Source of the DNA: Geosiphon pyriformis uo1
Taxonomy: Eukaryota; Fungi; Glomeromycota
Reading direction: 5' to 3'
Assembly (NCBI GenBank): GCA_016748015.1
Contig: JAAOMT010000197.1
Location: 406,388-470,387 of the forward strand
Length of the DNA stretch: 64,000 bases
Below the pieces are notes generated by a model, which was given only the letters and a program-made list of their open reading frames with translations, made no database searches and was not told the origin of the DNA. Below, in pieces: positions 35,942 to 50,219 of this stretch (positions within the stretch are counted from its first letter, which is position 1; each line of letters begins with the position of its first letter). The translations under genes and the position numbers were made by a program.

Positions 35942-38900
35942 CTAAACACCTATATGTACTGAGATTGAGTCTCCAACATCTGAGAAAAACAAACAAAACT
36001 TATGAAAACCAAAACCAATACCAATTGCCTTAGCAATACCCAGCAACTTAACAACACCTGCAAAAAGCAATACAGGCAGTTCTAAAACTGAAACTAAAGC
36101 TGAACTGTTACTAGGTATCATTCTACTTATCTCTATGCAGGCACAATACTTAGCACGGGCCAACCAAACCTTATTCCTAAAAGCAAAACACAAGTTACAC
36201 ACAAATTTCACAACTTTCTAACCAGCTATTTTGGCATTTCCAAAGACAGACACAGCTTCCTAAAGCCAATTCTTAAAAACAAAGCTCTTGCAAAAAGCCA
36301 TGCAAATCATGACATTTGAAGCACAAAAAGATAAAAATTGAGAAACACTTAAAGAGAAGGCAGAAAGACCAGAAAGAAGACCCCAAACAGTAGCGTGAGC
36401 ATCCAACAAGTGACAATAAGCAAAATCATCTACTGTGCAAAAAAAAACATGGCCAGAAATCTCAACTTTATCACAATATAAACACAGCACACTGGAATAG
36501 CATCTGTTATACAATCACTTCTGAACAGTGACCAGCAGCTGATGATATAGAGCTTTTATGAAATATGTGCAAACACCAGTTGTGAATTTACTAGTAAAGC
36601 CAGCAATCATGTACAAGTCTGGATGCCACACCAATGATGAGCTAAACCAATTAATGTCTAAATACAGACTGCTATCCAAAATCCTAAAACCTGAACCAAT
36701 CTCTCAGCATATATGATGAATAGACTAAAAGACCCCATGAACAAAATGTCTAGAATTACCAGAAACAACATTTCTATCAGCTAAAATATAACATTCTTTC
36801 ACATACAGAACAAGACACCAGGAAGAAAGAGATGCTGCATTGGTAAGCATATCAGCATGTTCATTGCCCATAATACCCAAATAACTCTGCACCTTGTGCT
36901 AGCTAATACTCAAATTCTTTTTTCTAATAATGTTCATAATATGCCAATGTTTAACCCAACAGCAATTCCTAAAATCTGAATAAACTATATCTAGTTCTGA
37001 TTTGCAAGCATTCAAGACAGCCTGACTGTCCAAATAAACACCAACTGAGCTTTTAGGAGAGACACACTCAAAAGCCAATGCAATGACCTGTAATTCAGCC
37101 AAAGTAAAAGACATTAAACCAGAAACTTTGACCCCCAAACCCAAGCTTATATCTTCAAAAAAACCACAGCACCAGCTTTTATGTCAATACTCCCCAATCT
37201 CTTTAGAGACCCATCCATATAAATGAAAAGGCTGTCAGTCTTGAGATCCAGCAACTGATTATAAATTAGTCCAAACTTACTAGATTCCAAAATATCCAAA
37301 TACTTAGTACCAACTACAGATAAAAAATGGACAGAAGAAGAAGCTACACTATCAAGAAAATTAATAGAAAGCCTAAACCATTCAGGAACAGGACCATATG
37401 AGTTCAGTCTTTTCTAATACTTAAATGTTTTCCAATTAAAAACAGCTCTATTTTTATAGTAAAGCTGTTCAACAAAAACAATACCATATCTCTGAAGAGA
37501 TAGAAGAAATCCAAAGTAATCAAACCTGCCAAGAACAGATAACATGGGAGTACTATCATAAAAACAGAAAAAATTGTTCACTTGACTACCCAGAGACAGA
37601 CTACACCCAAGAAAAATACAAACCACATTTGCCAAAAAATTATTAGAAACACTGACTTTAATATGAACTGGGGATGTCAAAGAGTAGAGTGGGCTCTAAG
37701 ACAGAATCTGCAAGTTATGAAACCTGTGTAAAAATAAACGACCCAAAATCCCAACAGAGTTTACAAAGCACACAACAGAAGCAACTTTGCTTTTAGTTTA
37801 GACTTGCTTGAAAGTTTTTAAGCCATACAATGAGGGATGACAAAGTGCATTATTGAGAAAATTGAGGAGTAGACCAAACTTCAGTTTTAAGCCTTTGTGA
37901 ATCAAAAAATTCCACTTATTATACATACTAATAGGAACAAAACTGAACTGCATCCTGTAGCTAACAATAGGGTGGAAAACTGCAAACACAAGATACAAAA
38001 ACTGCTTATCAGAAATGGTTTTCCTTAAAACCAGATTGGCAAAAAATCTGACATTAGCATCTGCTTTAGCCAGACTAGGTCTTAACAAACTCTCAATCGA
38101 CAAAAAAATTCCCAGGTAGTAATGAAACTCTCTTTTCTTGGCAATAGAAATAGGTGAATCACTGATAGACAAATTAGGACATGCCACTTTGCAATTAATA
38201 GAAATTGCCACTGTCTTGTTATTGTTAATAAAAATGTCATTGATTCGAAAAAATTTATTAACAACATTGAAAATATGTTGGGTTGTAGTTTGGCTACTAC
38301 CAATCCAGATTGTGTCATTAACAAAAGCACTAGCAGCAAGAAAAGATGTCAATTCAGCCTAAGATTCCAAACAACCAGTCCTGGCAACAAAATAAAAGTT
38401 CATTCTATATCCATATATGCTCTCCTGTTTTTTGACTTTACACAAAAAAGGATCATAAAATATATGCCAAAGAAGCAGTGAGAACACTTTCCTCTAATCC
38501 AAACTATTGTGTACTTGATATCCATCTGTCAAACCAAAATTTGTCATCATTTTATTAACACAACTATTGTAAATGTCACCAAAAAATCTAATGAACTTGT
38601 CACACATCTTTATTCTGACCAAACTGTTCTTAAGATGCTCCCACCTAACAGAGTTATAGGCCTTTTGCATGTTCTACAAGACCAACTAGAGTTCATAGTT
38701 CTTTTCCAAAACATTCTTAACAACAGAACCAACAGCAAAAATAGGAGATTGCATTGTCGTACCCTTAAGAACTGAGAAATTGTTCCCATGTAAAACATCA
38801 AAAAAGCTGTATGCCAAAGAAATTCTGTCTGAAAGAATCTTGGAAAAGATTTTGTGGGCAGTCTTAATTAAAACAATAGGTCAGGTGTTCGTAAAAACTC

Positions 38901-41487
38901 TCTTCCACTCATACAGTTTAAGAATTATTGAGACCCAAGCTTCTTTTCAAGCACCAAACACTGACTCATGAGACAAACAGGAGTTTAAAAGCACCAAAAG
39001 CATATCCAAGACCAATTTGTCACAATGCTTCCAAAGCTCATTTGACATTCCAGAAAGACCAGCAGCTTTGCCATCAAGCAGATTAGAAACCACTCTGAGT
39101 AGCTCATCAAAATTAACTGAATACATCACATTTGAAAAAGCATCATCAAAAACATACTCCAAAGGCTGATATTGATGTGACCAATCATCAGAAAAATCCT
39201 CCACCACATTGTGCTTTCTGGTTCAGCCTTCCATAATCATGTCAATCTTGGCCTTAATTAAGTCTGGTTCCAGAATCAGTTCATTCTCAACCACCAGATG
39301 GTCCAAAACCACCTTCCAAAAAAGATGCTTCAGCACACTCCTAATTGTGCTACCTTTGTTGATTGCAAAATTCTTCATTTGACTATTAACAGCTGACCTT
39401 ATTCTCAACTCTTCAGCTCACAAAGACTCAGCAAGCTTGGAGACATGATATGTCTTTCACATACTGAAAAGAGCTAAGTGCACACAATCAAAACTTACAC
39501 CAGAGTTTACAATTTCCTACATAATTGAAGTCTTAATATTGTCCAAAGAATCCCAGCATTTTATAAGAAGAGCAAACCTATCAACATTTTTCTCATGAGA
39601 AGCCTTAGCAATCTTCGAAACCAAAAGCTCCAGCTTATGAAACTTAGAAGATTCCTTGGTAAAAACACTATTGTAATCTTTAAACCATTTTTTTCTGAAT
39701 ATTTTGTTAGCTGACAGCATCATAATTTTGTGAATTGTGTTCCATATTCCATTCAAGTCTAAGAATTGTGTGGAAGAGATAAAACCATCAAAGAACATGG
39801 CAGCATTAGCTATCATAGCTTCTTTAAACTTGCTCCACTTTGCATCATCAGCACCTTTAAAATCAAACTTCCAGTGATCCTTATTTGCTTGTCTGTGAAG
39901 AAAGTTCAACTGAGTGTCCAGCAAACTGTTCAGATTCACAGATACAGAAACAGCTCGATGATCGGTGTCAAAGTAATCACTAATGTTTATAACATCATGA
40001 TTAACTATCACACTGACCAAATTTGATAAAACCAATACAAAATCAATTGTTTTCTCTACACTTCTTGAATTCCTCCATGTGGAACTCTTCATGACCAAAC
40101 TACCCACCAAAGAATTGACCAGCCCTAAACTGACACACTTTTTAAATCTAGTACTTCTTTTCAAACTGTCTTCATTGAAATTACCACCAAGGATGATGAA
40201 AGAAAATCCATTAGCAGCTTTTGCAATGAGAAAGTTGATTTCTTCAATCTGTGAAAACCAAGCCGCTGTTACAGATGATTATTTGGGGTCTCAAATTAAA
40301 TAACAAATCCATAACTTAGTGTTCAATATCTTGACAATACTGATGTTACTGGCATGTTGGTTGTATCTAAAGGTTTTAAAGTGGAGTCTTTTGTATAATA
40401 GACAGAGATTCAATGATGATGTAGTTGGTTGGTGAGTTGTGTTCCCAATTTCTGTCTTTAGCTTGGTAGCTGGTTTATTCTGGCATTTGTGTCCTTCTGG
40501 TAAGCTATCCATTAATATATATAATTTTACCCTTATTTCTGGGTCTTTTACCAGACTATCTGTAATGTCAATTACTCAGTATTTTAATCCTTAATTAGTT
40601 AGTATTCAACAAGAAAAATCAAAGAAAGAAATAAATAAAAGAAAATAAAGAAATGAATCAAGATGATACACAAGTTAGTATTTTGTCAATAGCTATAATC
40701 AAGAGCTATTGTTCAGCGTAGTTAAGTATCAATTACTATCAATATGAAGTGTTGATAGTGGAGAGTAGATTTGGATAGTAGATGATTTATTTATTTAATA
40801 TTTGTGGATGGAAAATTTCTAACTAAAGATTCTAATGGGAGGATTCTGCTCTTTTTACTTCTAATGCTATTACTATATATACATAATTAATGTTCTACAA
40901 GATCACTCATATTCTTGAGCAATGTACTATGATTTCTTAAGCAATGCTCACATTGCTAAATGATGTGCTCTCATTTTCTAACATTGCTCTATATTGCTAA
41001 ACAATGTGCCATGTTTTCTGATATTGCTCTACATTGCTGAGCAATGTGCTCACATACTACATACTATTTGCTTATTGGTCTTCTATTTTTCCTATATCTG
41101 TTTTTTTTTTATGAGTAACATCACAGATAAAGCACCAGCATACAGCCCCAAGACAGACACAAAAAGTTTATTTTTAAAAAGCAATCTAATGGATAGAAGC
41201 TGACCAGGCATCTCAGAAACCTTGCACACATGTTTTGCCAAAGAAAAGTTCATGACAACCACAACACCAACACCCAAATACCCAGAATTCAAACCAGAAG
41301 TGAACACACAGACACCTTCAAATTTGCCAGCAATCCACAGACAGACTTTATCTTTTAATTTAGTCTTAATAAAGATCAAAATCAAGTTGCTCATATTCTT
41401 ATGCCAACAAATAATATCTTCTTGCTTGGCAGGAACATTGATACCCTGAACATTACATGTAGCTATCTTTCAGATCAAACCACTCAT
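35942..41487 (-). pseudogene. LINE ORF2: APE endonuclease, RT, RNase H, CCHC-like C-terminus
   Basis: APE 'IATCNVQG', 'ILGGNFNE', 'TWRNSRSVEKTIDFV', 'DTDHRAV'; RT 'AFVNDTIW'; RNase H 'TLAELQVIALA...YLDSQAVL'; 'CLYCDKVEISGHVFFC'. Confidence 0.92.
40267..41120 (-). mobile_element. Solo LTR related to the Gypsy-1 LTRs, inserted in the LINE D endonuclease
   Basis: TGTTAC/GTAACA ends, homology to Gypsy-1 LTR R/U5, decayed TSD ccgc (40263-40266) / tcac (41121-41124). Confidence 0.88.
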
Positions 41488-43334
41488 TGAGATGAAGAGA
41501 ATAACAAGGGACCCAAACTAGCATCCAAATAATCAAACTTTGCCAAAACTGAACTAACAAAAGCCTCAAGAGTCACCAACTTAGATTCCAAACTGCCAAT
41601 CTTGGTTGTTAAGACTTTTGAACTACTCAGACCCAATGTTGAGACACTAAGAGAAGCAGAAGAGAGGGGTAAAAGTACCAACTTAGAATCATCCATGACC
41701 ATATCCAAAACCAAATCCTCCTTGGCAGCAATCAAAGTAGCTGAGACTTTAGGAAAAGGAGCTAAAGCTTGCAGCACCAATTTCATATTACTGAGTTTGC
41801 ACACAATGCCAGAAACTTGGTTAGTTAGCAGCTCTAAAGATTGCTCTAAAGAGGCCAAACAAGCATCTAAAAACGAATTGTCAACCAAGACAAGAGAGAG
41901 ACTATTATTCAAACCTAAAGTGTCAAAAAAAGGAAAACCAGAACCAGAAGCAAAGTGAAAACCATTAAGAGAACCAGCAAATGAGACCATCTGGGCCCAA
42001 GATTTACTATTGAAGGCAGCAGGGCAGGATATTGAAACACTTTTTTTCTCATACAACTTAGCCAACTAAAGGTGATGTTCATCAGACACAACCCTTTTAA
42101 ATGTTCTTGAAAGCTTAAAGAGAAATGCAACAGGTGCATCACATTCCAGAGCAGAATGATCAAACTTTCTGTATTTCTCATACTGAACCAGATCTATCCT
42201 TGCCCAAGAAAGTTTAATACCACCAAGAATTGATTTCATACAAAAGACAGATTCCAGATTATCATCAGATTCAAAACCAACTACAGCATAGTGAATCCTA
42301 TTACCAGTTTTTAGAGATTTGTTTATGATACAAGTTTTTTCACCAGCCCTTTCCAGAAGAGTCCCAAGATCATGTGCTGTCATTCCCACTGGCAAAGTAA
42401 ACAAAAATGCTCTAAACTGATCCCTTGATGTCTAAGTTTCACAATTTTCTACTGCTTTGACTATATGCACAGAATCCTTACCAATTAGAAACAACCACTT
42501 AGAGGCTAACAAATTAGCTTGGTCTAATTTAGCAAACTCCACCACAGTTTTTTGTCACATTTCAATCAGTTGAATTTTGATCGACTTAATTTCTCCAAAT
42601 TCAGATACTGCAGTAATGATCATATATTTAGGTGTGTTCATGAGAATTTTTTTAATTATTACAGCCCAATCTGACCTCATTCCTTGTCTCTTAAGATCAC
42701 TGTTTATGTTAATCCCTTTTTCTCTGGCCAATGATGCAGCCATTTCTATGCTTTTTTCTAAAGTAAACGTTGATCAGATGATCCCTTCAAATTTTAAGAA
42801 AGTAGTGGCTTCCCCAAAACTATTGACTAATGAAAAAATTTTTCTGATAAATTGAGTCTTTGCTGTCGCTGATTTCTCTTTCATAGCATTAAGATTGATG
42901 TCAAAAGCAAAAGACTTTCTGACAGATACTTCAACTTGAGATTTGACAATTTTTGGATCAACCCATTTCTTTTCAAGAAAAATTTTAAAAGAGAGAGGGA
43001 GGAGTACATTATTTTTATCTATGCCATAATTAATTGAGCCAAGAAAGAAGCCACAAACCAGATTGGTAGTTACTTTTTTAGCTTTAGGTGTGTTTGTTGT
43101 TGAACCAAAGAAAGAATTATTGCCAACACCAAGAGAAATCTCATTGTCTCTACTATCACCAAATACACTGTCCATATCTAAATACATACCATGACTAATA
43201 TTAGGTTTGACCAAAGAGATATCTTTTTCATCTCCAGAATGCTTGACATTACCAACAGAAATCTTTTTTTTCTAAGAGAAAAAACCTCCAACAGGACCAT
43301 AAAGAACTCCTATGGGCGCCTTTTTTTTAGACAT
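41484..43334 (-). pseudogene. LINE ORF1 (RRM-like region, zinc knuckle, coiled-coil-like C-terminus)
   Basis: ATG 43334 (MSKKKAP) to TGA 41484; decayed knuckle 'YEKYRKFDHSALEC'; lies upstream of ORF2. Confidence 0.85.
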
Positions 43335-46300
43335 AGTACTACCTGAAACAGCAGCCAGATTCACCACAAAAGGATTATTTGATTGAGAAATGTTTATAAG
43401 AGATAGCAAAAAAGAAAAAAATAAAAACTTTTTTTTCAAAAAAATGCTTTTTGGAGTTTTTTTGAAAGTAAAAGAGAAAGAAGTTTTTTTTAATGTTAAA
43501 GTAGAACAATTAGATATTAAATTAATATTTAACAGTAAATTTACAAATAGCATAATTACAAAACAATTCATAAACCAATTAAATCACTAAGTAAATTGTG
43601 CAGCTATTACTAGAATAATTACTGTAGATGAGAATACCAAAACACTGATAGAAGAGATTGACAATTTTTTTTTTAAAATCCATAAAATTAGCATCTTAAC
43701 TAAACTATTTATTATAAAAGCCACTCAATATCAAGTTTTTATAAGAAACAATTGGTTAACTAAAGCTCATATTACATTTAATTAAAATATCCAAAAACTT
43801 CAGATCATCTTTAATAAACAATATACTAAAGTACTCACCATATGTGAACACTTTAAAACAGCATTCTTAGAACAATTTCTAATTAAATTCGAAAAATTTA
43901 CTTTTCAGCCAATTTTGAAAACCTATTAAGTTTCTTGGGTTAATAATTTTAAAACAAAGCTATTACTATTTTTTACATAAAAAAAAAGACAAAAAAAAAA
44001 ACAAGACAATACTTTATTTTTGGTTATTATTTCTATATATTGTTATTATATTATTACCAAAAAAAAAATCTGACTTACTATTGACCAAAGTTAATATGTA
44101 TTAATTGTAAAAAAAAATTGTCATTAATATATGTTTGCTGTGATAATAATAAAAACTGGCTAATAATTACCAAATACTACTGTTGTTTATGTGTTCTTAA
44201 ATGCTTCAGATGGCTTAAAAAACAAGGAAAATAGGACAACAAATCTTGTTTTAGGTGTAAACAAATTTTTTTTAATGAAAAAATATTCTTAAATAAGACA
44301 AAATATATAACAAATTATGTTAATATACTATTTTTATCAGTAATTAGATAAGCAAAGAGACATTTATAAATGCCATATAATAAAGAGCTTTTTTATAATT
44401 AAATAGTTATTTACATGATAAAAATAAAATATGAAAAATAGTAAACACCAAATAAAATTTTAGAAATAAAGAACAATTTACTAAAGTCTGGCAAAATACA
44501 TTATATTCTTAATTTCAATATCTTTGATTTTAATATGAATAACTCAGAACAATTTTATGAATATTATTAAAAATTTACTTTTATTTAAAAAAAACAGAAA
44601 CAAAAATTGGCTGATCTTAATACAAAGTTGTGTGATTATTGTCTGATTTTTTGTCACTTTCAATATTATAATAAGTATAATCTATTAATTAACTTATCTC
44701 CAAAAATCTTATATCTTATTTTTAAACTAAGAGAATTCAAAGAAAAATATAAATTTACTACTAAAGACATGTTGTTTTAAAAGCCAAATAGAACTACTAA
44801 AACAAATTAGTATTTCACTTATTCTTACTTTTCCAAAAAATTAAAATTAAAATAATATAGTAATAATAACAAAAAAATATGTCTTAAAAAAGCATATACA
44901 AATAATAGTAAATTTGATTTAAAATATCCTAAATAATCTCTTGTGGTTATAGCATCCTATTTTTTTGTAAAAATAAATCTCAAAATAGCTCTAAAAATTT
45001 CTATTAACACTATAATCTAAGTGGCACCTTAGTTTAATCTCACAAAAAAAAAATTTGATGTAAAAAAAGGAATTATTAATATAGAATATACAAAAAACAT
45101 TATTATAATATTATAGAACAATTCCAATAAACTTTATACAATTGAATCACAAAAAAAATTGTTCAAAGTATCTTTTTGCCTTTTTTAAAAATACTATAAT
45201 TAACTTCAGTTATTATACATAAGAAATTAGAGCTTACTATTTAAAAAATTAAGAGGTTTGGATCAAGTAAAAGAAGAAATATATCAGTTAATTTTGTAAA
45301 AAACAACAATGAAAAGTTAAAACTTATTTACACTAATATTATTATTTCTATTTTTTGGTATTAACAGTATATTCTAAAAATAGATTGAAAAATTCAAAAT
45401 CAAGTCTTTTTATTCGAAATTAATCCAGAAATCTGTTCTTTAGCTAATGTTACCAACTTATATATATTTGCCAAAGCTTATAAACACTTCAAAATTTTTA
45501 TTCACAATTCTATTAAAAATGTTATCAAGATTTTTAAAGAGATTTTTATTGGCTTCATTTCTCTGAATATTCAGAATTTTGAAAAATTTCTGTTTATTAC
45601 AGATTTTATACAATTGTTCTTATTTTGTAATAGTATTTTGCAAATATAGAATCTGTTAACAAAAAACTATCTGTTTACACCAGAAAAAATTGTCAAATTA
45701 AATCTGAAAACCTTAAATACATTACAACAGATGCAATTTAAAGTTTTTTTAAACTAATATGTTAATTTGGATGCACTAATATTGTAAAATACCAAATTAA
45801 TATAAGAAATACTAGACTTATTAAACTAAATAATTCCAATAAATAATAACTTGATTAAACAGAAAATACAATAAATGTTAAATAATTGATTAATTAAAGA
45901 ATTATTAAGTTTTTGGTTCTCTCTAGTAGTATTGGTTATCAAAAAAAATAAAAAAATAAGATTCTGTATAGACTACCAAAAGTTTAACAATATTACTTAA
46001 AAAGATAGTTACCTAACTTCCTTTATTTAAAAAATTCTGAATAATCTAGAAAATAAGAAATGGTTTTTTTCTTAGACTTGGCCAGTGGATATTGGCAAAT
46101 TGAAATAGACTCTAAAAACAAAAACAAAATGACATTTACCATACAAAATAAAAATTTTAAATTCAATATAATGTTTTTTGAACTTTGTAATACTTTTATT
46201 ACTTTTTAGTATCTTATAGATATTATATATAAAGAAATTTTCTGGAAATCAATAATAGTATATTTAGACAATACCAATGTATTTTCAGAAATGTTTGATG

Positions 46301-48393
46301 ACCACTTGTTCTACCTCCAACAAGTTTTTGATTGCTTTTAGAATGCTAAATTAAAATTCAACCCAGAAAAATGCTTTTTTGAGAAGATTGAATTAAAATT
46401 TTTATAATATATAATAAATAAAAATAAAGCAAAACCAGATTTCAACAAAATTAAAAAAGTTAAAGACTTCTTAGTCCCAATTAATCTATAAAAACTAAGA
46501 GAATTCTTAGAACTGGTTAGATATTACCACAAATTTGTTAAAATTTTTTTGGATCATTCTATTATCTGCTGTTAAAACATGTTCTATACTTATGAAGAAA
46601 AAAACAGCAAAAAACTTTCAATTATTTTAAGCAATACTTAATAGAAGCACTAATATTGATTTATTCAAACTTTAATAAATGCTTTATTGTTATTATAAAT
46701 GTCTCAAAAAATACACTAGAAGCTGTTTTATTACAAATTAAACTGAACAATTAAGAATACTTAATTGTTTACACCAGTTATAGTATTAGTACAGCAGAAA
46801 AAATATACAGTACAACAAATTTAGAATGTCTTACTATTTACTAGACAATACAAAATTGGAGATTATTTTCACCAATTATTTAATCTATATACAGATTACA
46901 AAAAACTTATTTGATTATTTAACAAGTCACAACTAAAAAGAAAATATGCATAATAAAGTATTTATTTGCAACAATTTTTATACAAAATATATTATAAAAA
47001 AAGAACCAAGAACACTAATGCTAACAGTTTGTTAAGAATAACACAAATTTAATTTCAGATTCATAAATACAACTATTTATCAGTAATTACACCAGTATTT
47101 ATTAATATTACAGTTCAAAAAAAAATTATCTCAATAAAAACAAAGTGTTATATAGAAAAAAGCTTGTAATTACTTTATTCAAAACAACTAACTATATTTT
47201 TAAGAACACCAAAACCATATTATTTTACAAAAAATTATAAAAAACTGAAAAAAAAACTGTTTTGTATAGTATGTATTCTATTCAACTACAAAACACTTTA
47301 ACAAAAACATTACTCTAAAAAAGACAATAAATCTATACTATTGGCCAATAATATATAAAAATATCTTTGAATATATTATTAACTATAACTTATGTCAATA
47401 AAAAAAAAAGCCAGAACAATAAAATCATTTTAACTCATTCTAGTAAAAAATTTCTTTAATAGAATTGAAATAAATTTGGTTGGACTTTTTTTCATTATCT
47501 TTAAAAAAAATTATTATATTATTATAGCTATAAACTACTTAATTAAATATCCTAAAATCAAAGCTATTTAAGTAGCAAATGCTAAAACAGTAGCCGAATT
47601 TGTACACCAAAATTTGATTTGCTAACATAAATGTCTGAAAAAATTATTATTTGATTAACAAACTTATTTTATCAATAGTACATTAGTTGAATTAAGCCAA
47701 CAATTTAAAATAAAATAACCATTATTATTACCATATTATTTACAAATAAACAGACTGGTAAAAAGATTTAATCAAATATTATGTAAAGCATTAGCAAAAA
47801 TAAATTATAAAAATACATAAAAATAGGACTTATTTATATTTTCTGTATTATTTACATATTAAATATTAAAGCAAAATACTATTTAGTTTACATTATTTAA
47901 ACTAATTTATGGAAGAAAAGCCACTCTATTTATTGAACAAAAAATACTTTTTTTCCTAACAAAAACAATTACCAAAAAGAATTTTGAAGCTACTTTATAT
48001 TAAAAAACATATTAGCTTATAAAAATATTAGAAAACAATCATAAAATAGCAGCTAATAATATTAATAACACTCAAAAAAGACAAAAAAAAAGACATAACA
48101 ATTACTTATTTAACTAATCAATTAAATTTAAGATTAAAAACAAAGTATTGTTATATTGTATTAAAGTTAAGAAATAATGGAGTGAAAAGTTTGATTCAAA
48201 ATAGAATAAACCATTTTACATACACAAAGTTTTAGGCAATAGAACTTACAAATTATGATTAAAAAACAAAATTTTAAAAAAAGTAGCACATAAAAATTAT
48301 CTAAAAATTTATTATACTAATTAAAAATTATTGTTATTTATATTATAATTAAAAACACAAATTCCATTAATCAGACCAGAAAAAATATTACAA

Positions 48394-49433
48394 TGTTATC
48401 TGAATAGAAAAAAAACAAATTCAAAAGATATTAAAAAAACATAATTAGGAAATGTGATAATGTAAAAAAATGTGATAATGCAAAATAACACAAAATAACA
48501 TATTATAACTCAAAATAATACAAGATAACACAATAATGTAAAATAGTACAGAATAACTAACTGTAATATAAAATAACTAGTTACAGTATAAAAAAACAAA
48601 ACAGCAACAGAAATAGTAAACAATAGCTAAAGATAACAAACAATTAAAAGACAATCTTGTAAAACTAGAAATATATATAAAAATAAGTAGTTTTAGCAGT
48701 AAAAAAAGAACAGAGAAAAACAGAGAAAAAATAATTAAATAAAAAATATATCCTTTATCTATATCTATTAAATTTACATTATTTATATATCTACTTTATT
48801 TCAAATAAAAAAACATTTAAAACAAAATAAACTATTTATTTATAATCCTTAAATCTTGTGTTTAAATCCAAATTACTCATTTTTTTATCTTTGTTTTTGA
48901 CCAGATGCTTTTAACATAAAAACACTTCAAACAAATAATAATTTAGATTAATTGTTCTTAATTATAGTAATTAATAATATTAATTTATTTATTTATTTTT
49001 ATTTTATTTTTATTTTTTTTATTTTTTATTTTTCTTTTCCTTATTCTCTTATGGAACAGCAACATAAAAAAATCAATTATCTGGAAATAGACTTTATAAT
49101 AACCTGCTAAAAGAAAAAAGCTTTTCTTAAAATTGAATATTAATATTATCTTATTAGTTTACCAGAAAAGCAAAAAGATATCACTAAATCTTACTGTACT
49201 TAACTAGCTTGAAGAAAATAACTTATATATACAAGTTACAATACTATAAAATTATATCTTTATGCCTTATAACCAAAGAACTCTATAAGTAAATTTACAT
49301 TTTTTAAGAGATTTTTAGAAACTGAAAATACTAACATACTACATGAACTTACAAAAAAAATTTTTAAGCTCTTCTTATCTAAATTTAGAACACCAAATAT
49401 TACTATTATATTTTACCAAATTTACTCATAACA
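48394..49433 (+). mobile_element. Solo LTR of the Gypsy-2 family inserted inside Gypsy-2
   Basis: TGTTAT...ATAACA, TSD ACAA (48390-48393 / 49434-49437); not flanked by a PBS or PPT. Confidence 0.88.
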
Positions 49434-50219
49434 ACAAGATCTAAAACCAATTATTGTCATTAAAATATAGTCAATATATAACAATTTAATTGAAAACTTT
49501 AAATATATATAAAGACTAAAACATCAAAAAAAAAAGATAGTACTCTTAATATAGATTTTTTAAATCAAATTCTAAGACTTTTAAAACAACTATTTAAAGC
49601 AATTTAACAATTTACAACACTAATAGAAATTACAATTGATAAAAAAAAGATACAATACAAAATTTACACAAAAAAAGGATAGATAAGAGTTCAACTAGAA
49701 TTGAGTATTCTTATTCTTACAAACAATCAAAAAAAAAATATATAATTAAACAAATTTAACAAAATTAAGAGAGCTTTAAGTAGGCTAGTTTTAGAACCAA
49801 TAATAGAAAACTAAACACCAGAAATCTCCAAAACATGAAAAAAAAACTTTTATTAATATATTGGTTTTTTAAAATTGGTAAAAAACTCGACTTATTAACA
49901 CTATACTTAAATATTAATAAACAAACATTCAACAAAGAAGCTTTGAAACAAGTAAAAAAATTTATTAGAAGAAATAATTTGATACTACATTACAAAATGA
50001 TATACTGATTGTATTCAGAATTCAAATATTGTTCAATAATACTATTAAACAGTTTACTAAAATTTATTACAATTAACAACATAAGATGAATAACAAATAC
50101 ACAGTTTGAAAATTTACAAAAAGCAATACTTAATACAATAATTAAACATTATATCAAAAGAACAATTTTTACAGATACATATAATTTCACAAGAATTTAA
50201 TTCTAAAAAAAAGAAATAA

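Larger units (their letters stand above)
35810..43489 (-). mobile_element. Full-length LINE (LINE D) inserted in the Gypsy-2 protease
   Basis: 5' UTR, ORF1, ORF2, 3' UTR and poly-A tail; TSD ttaatgtt (35802-35809 / 43490-43497). The empty site restores protease 'PIITIYINVKVEQLDIKLIFNS'. Confidence 0.93.
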
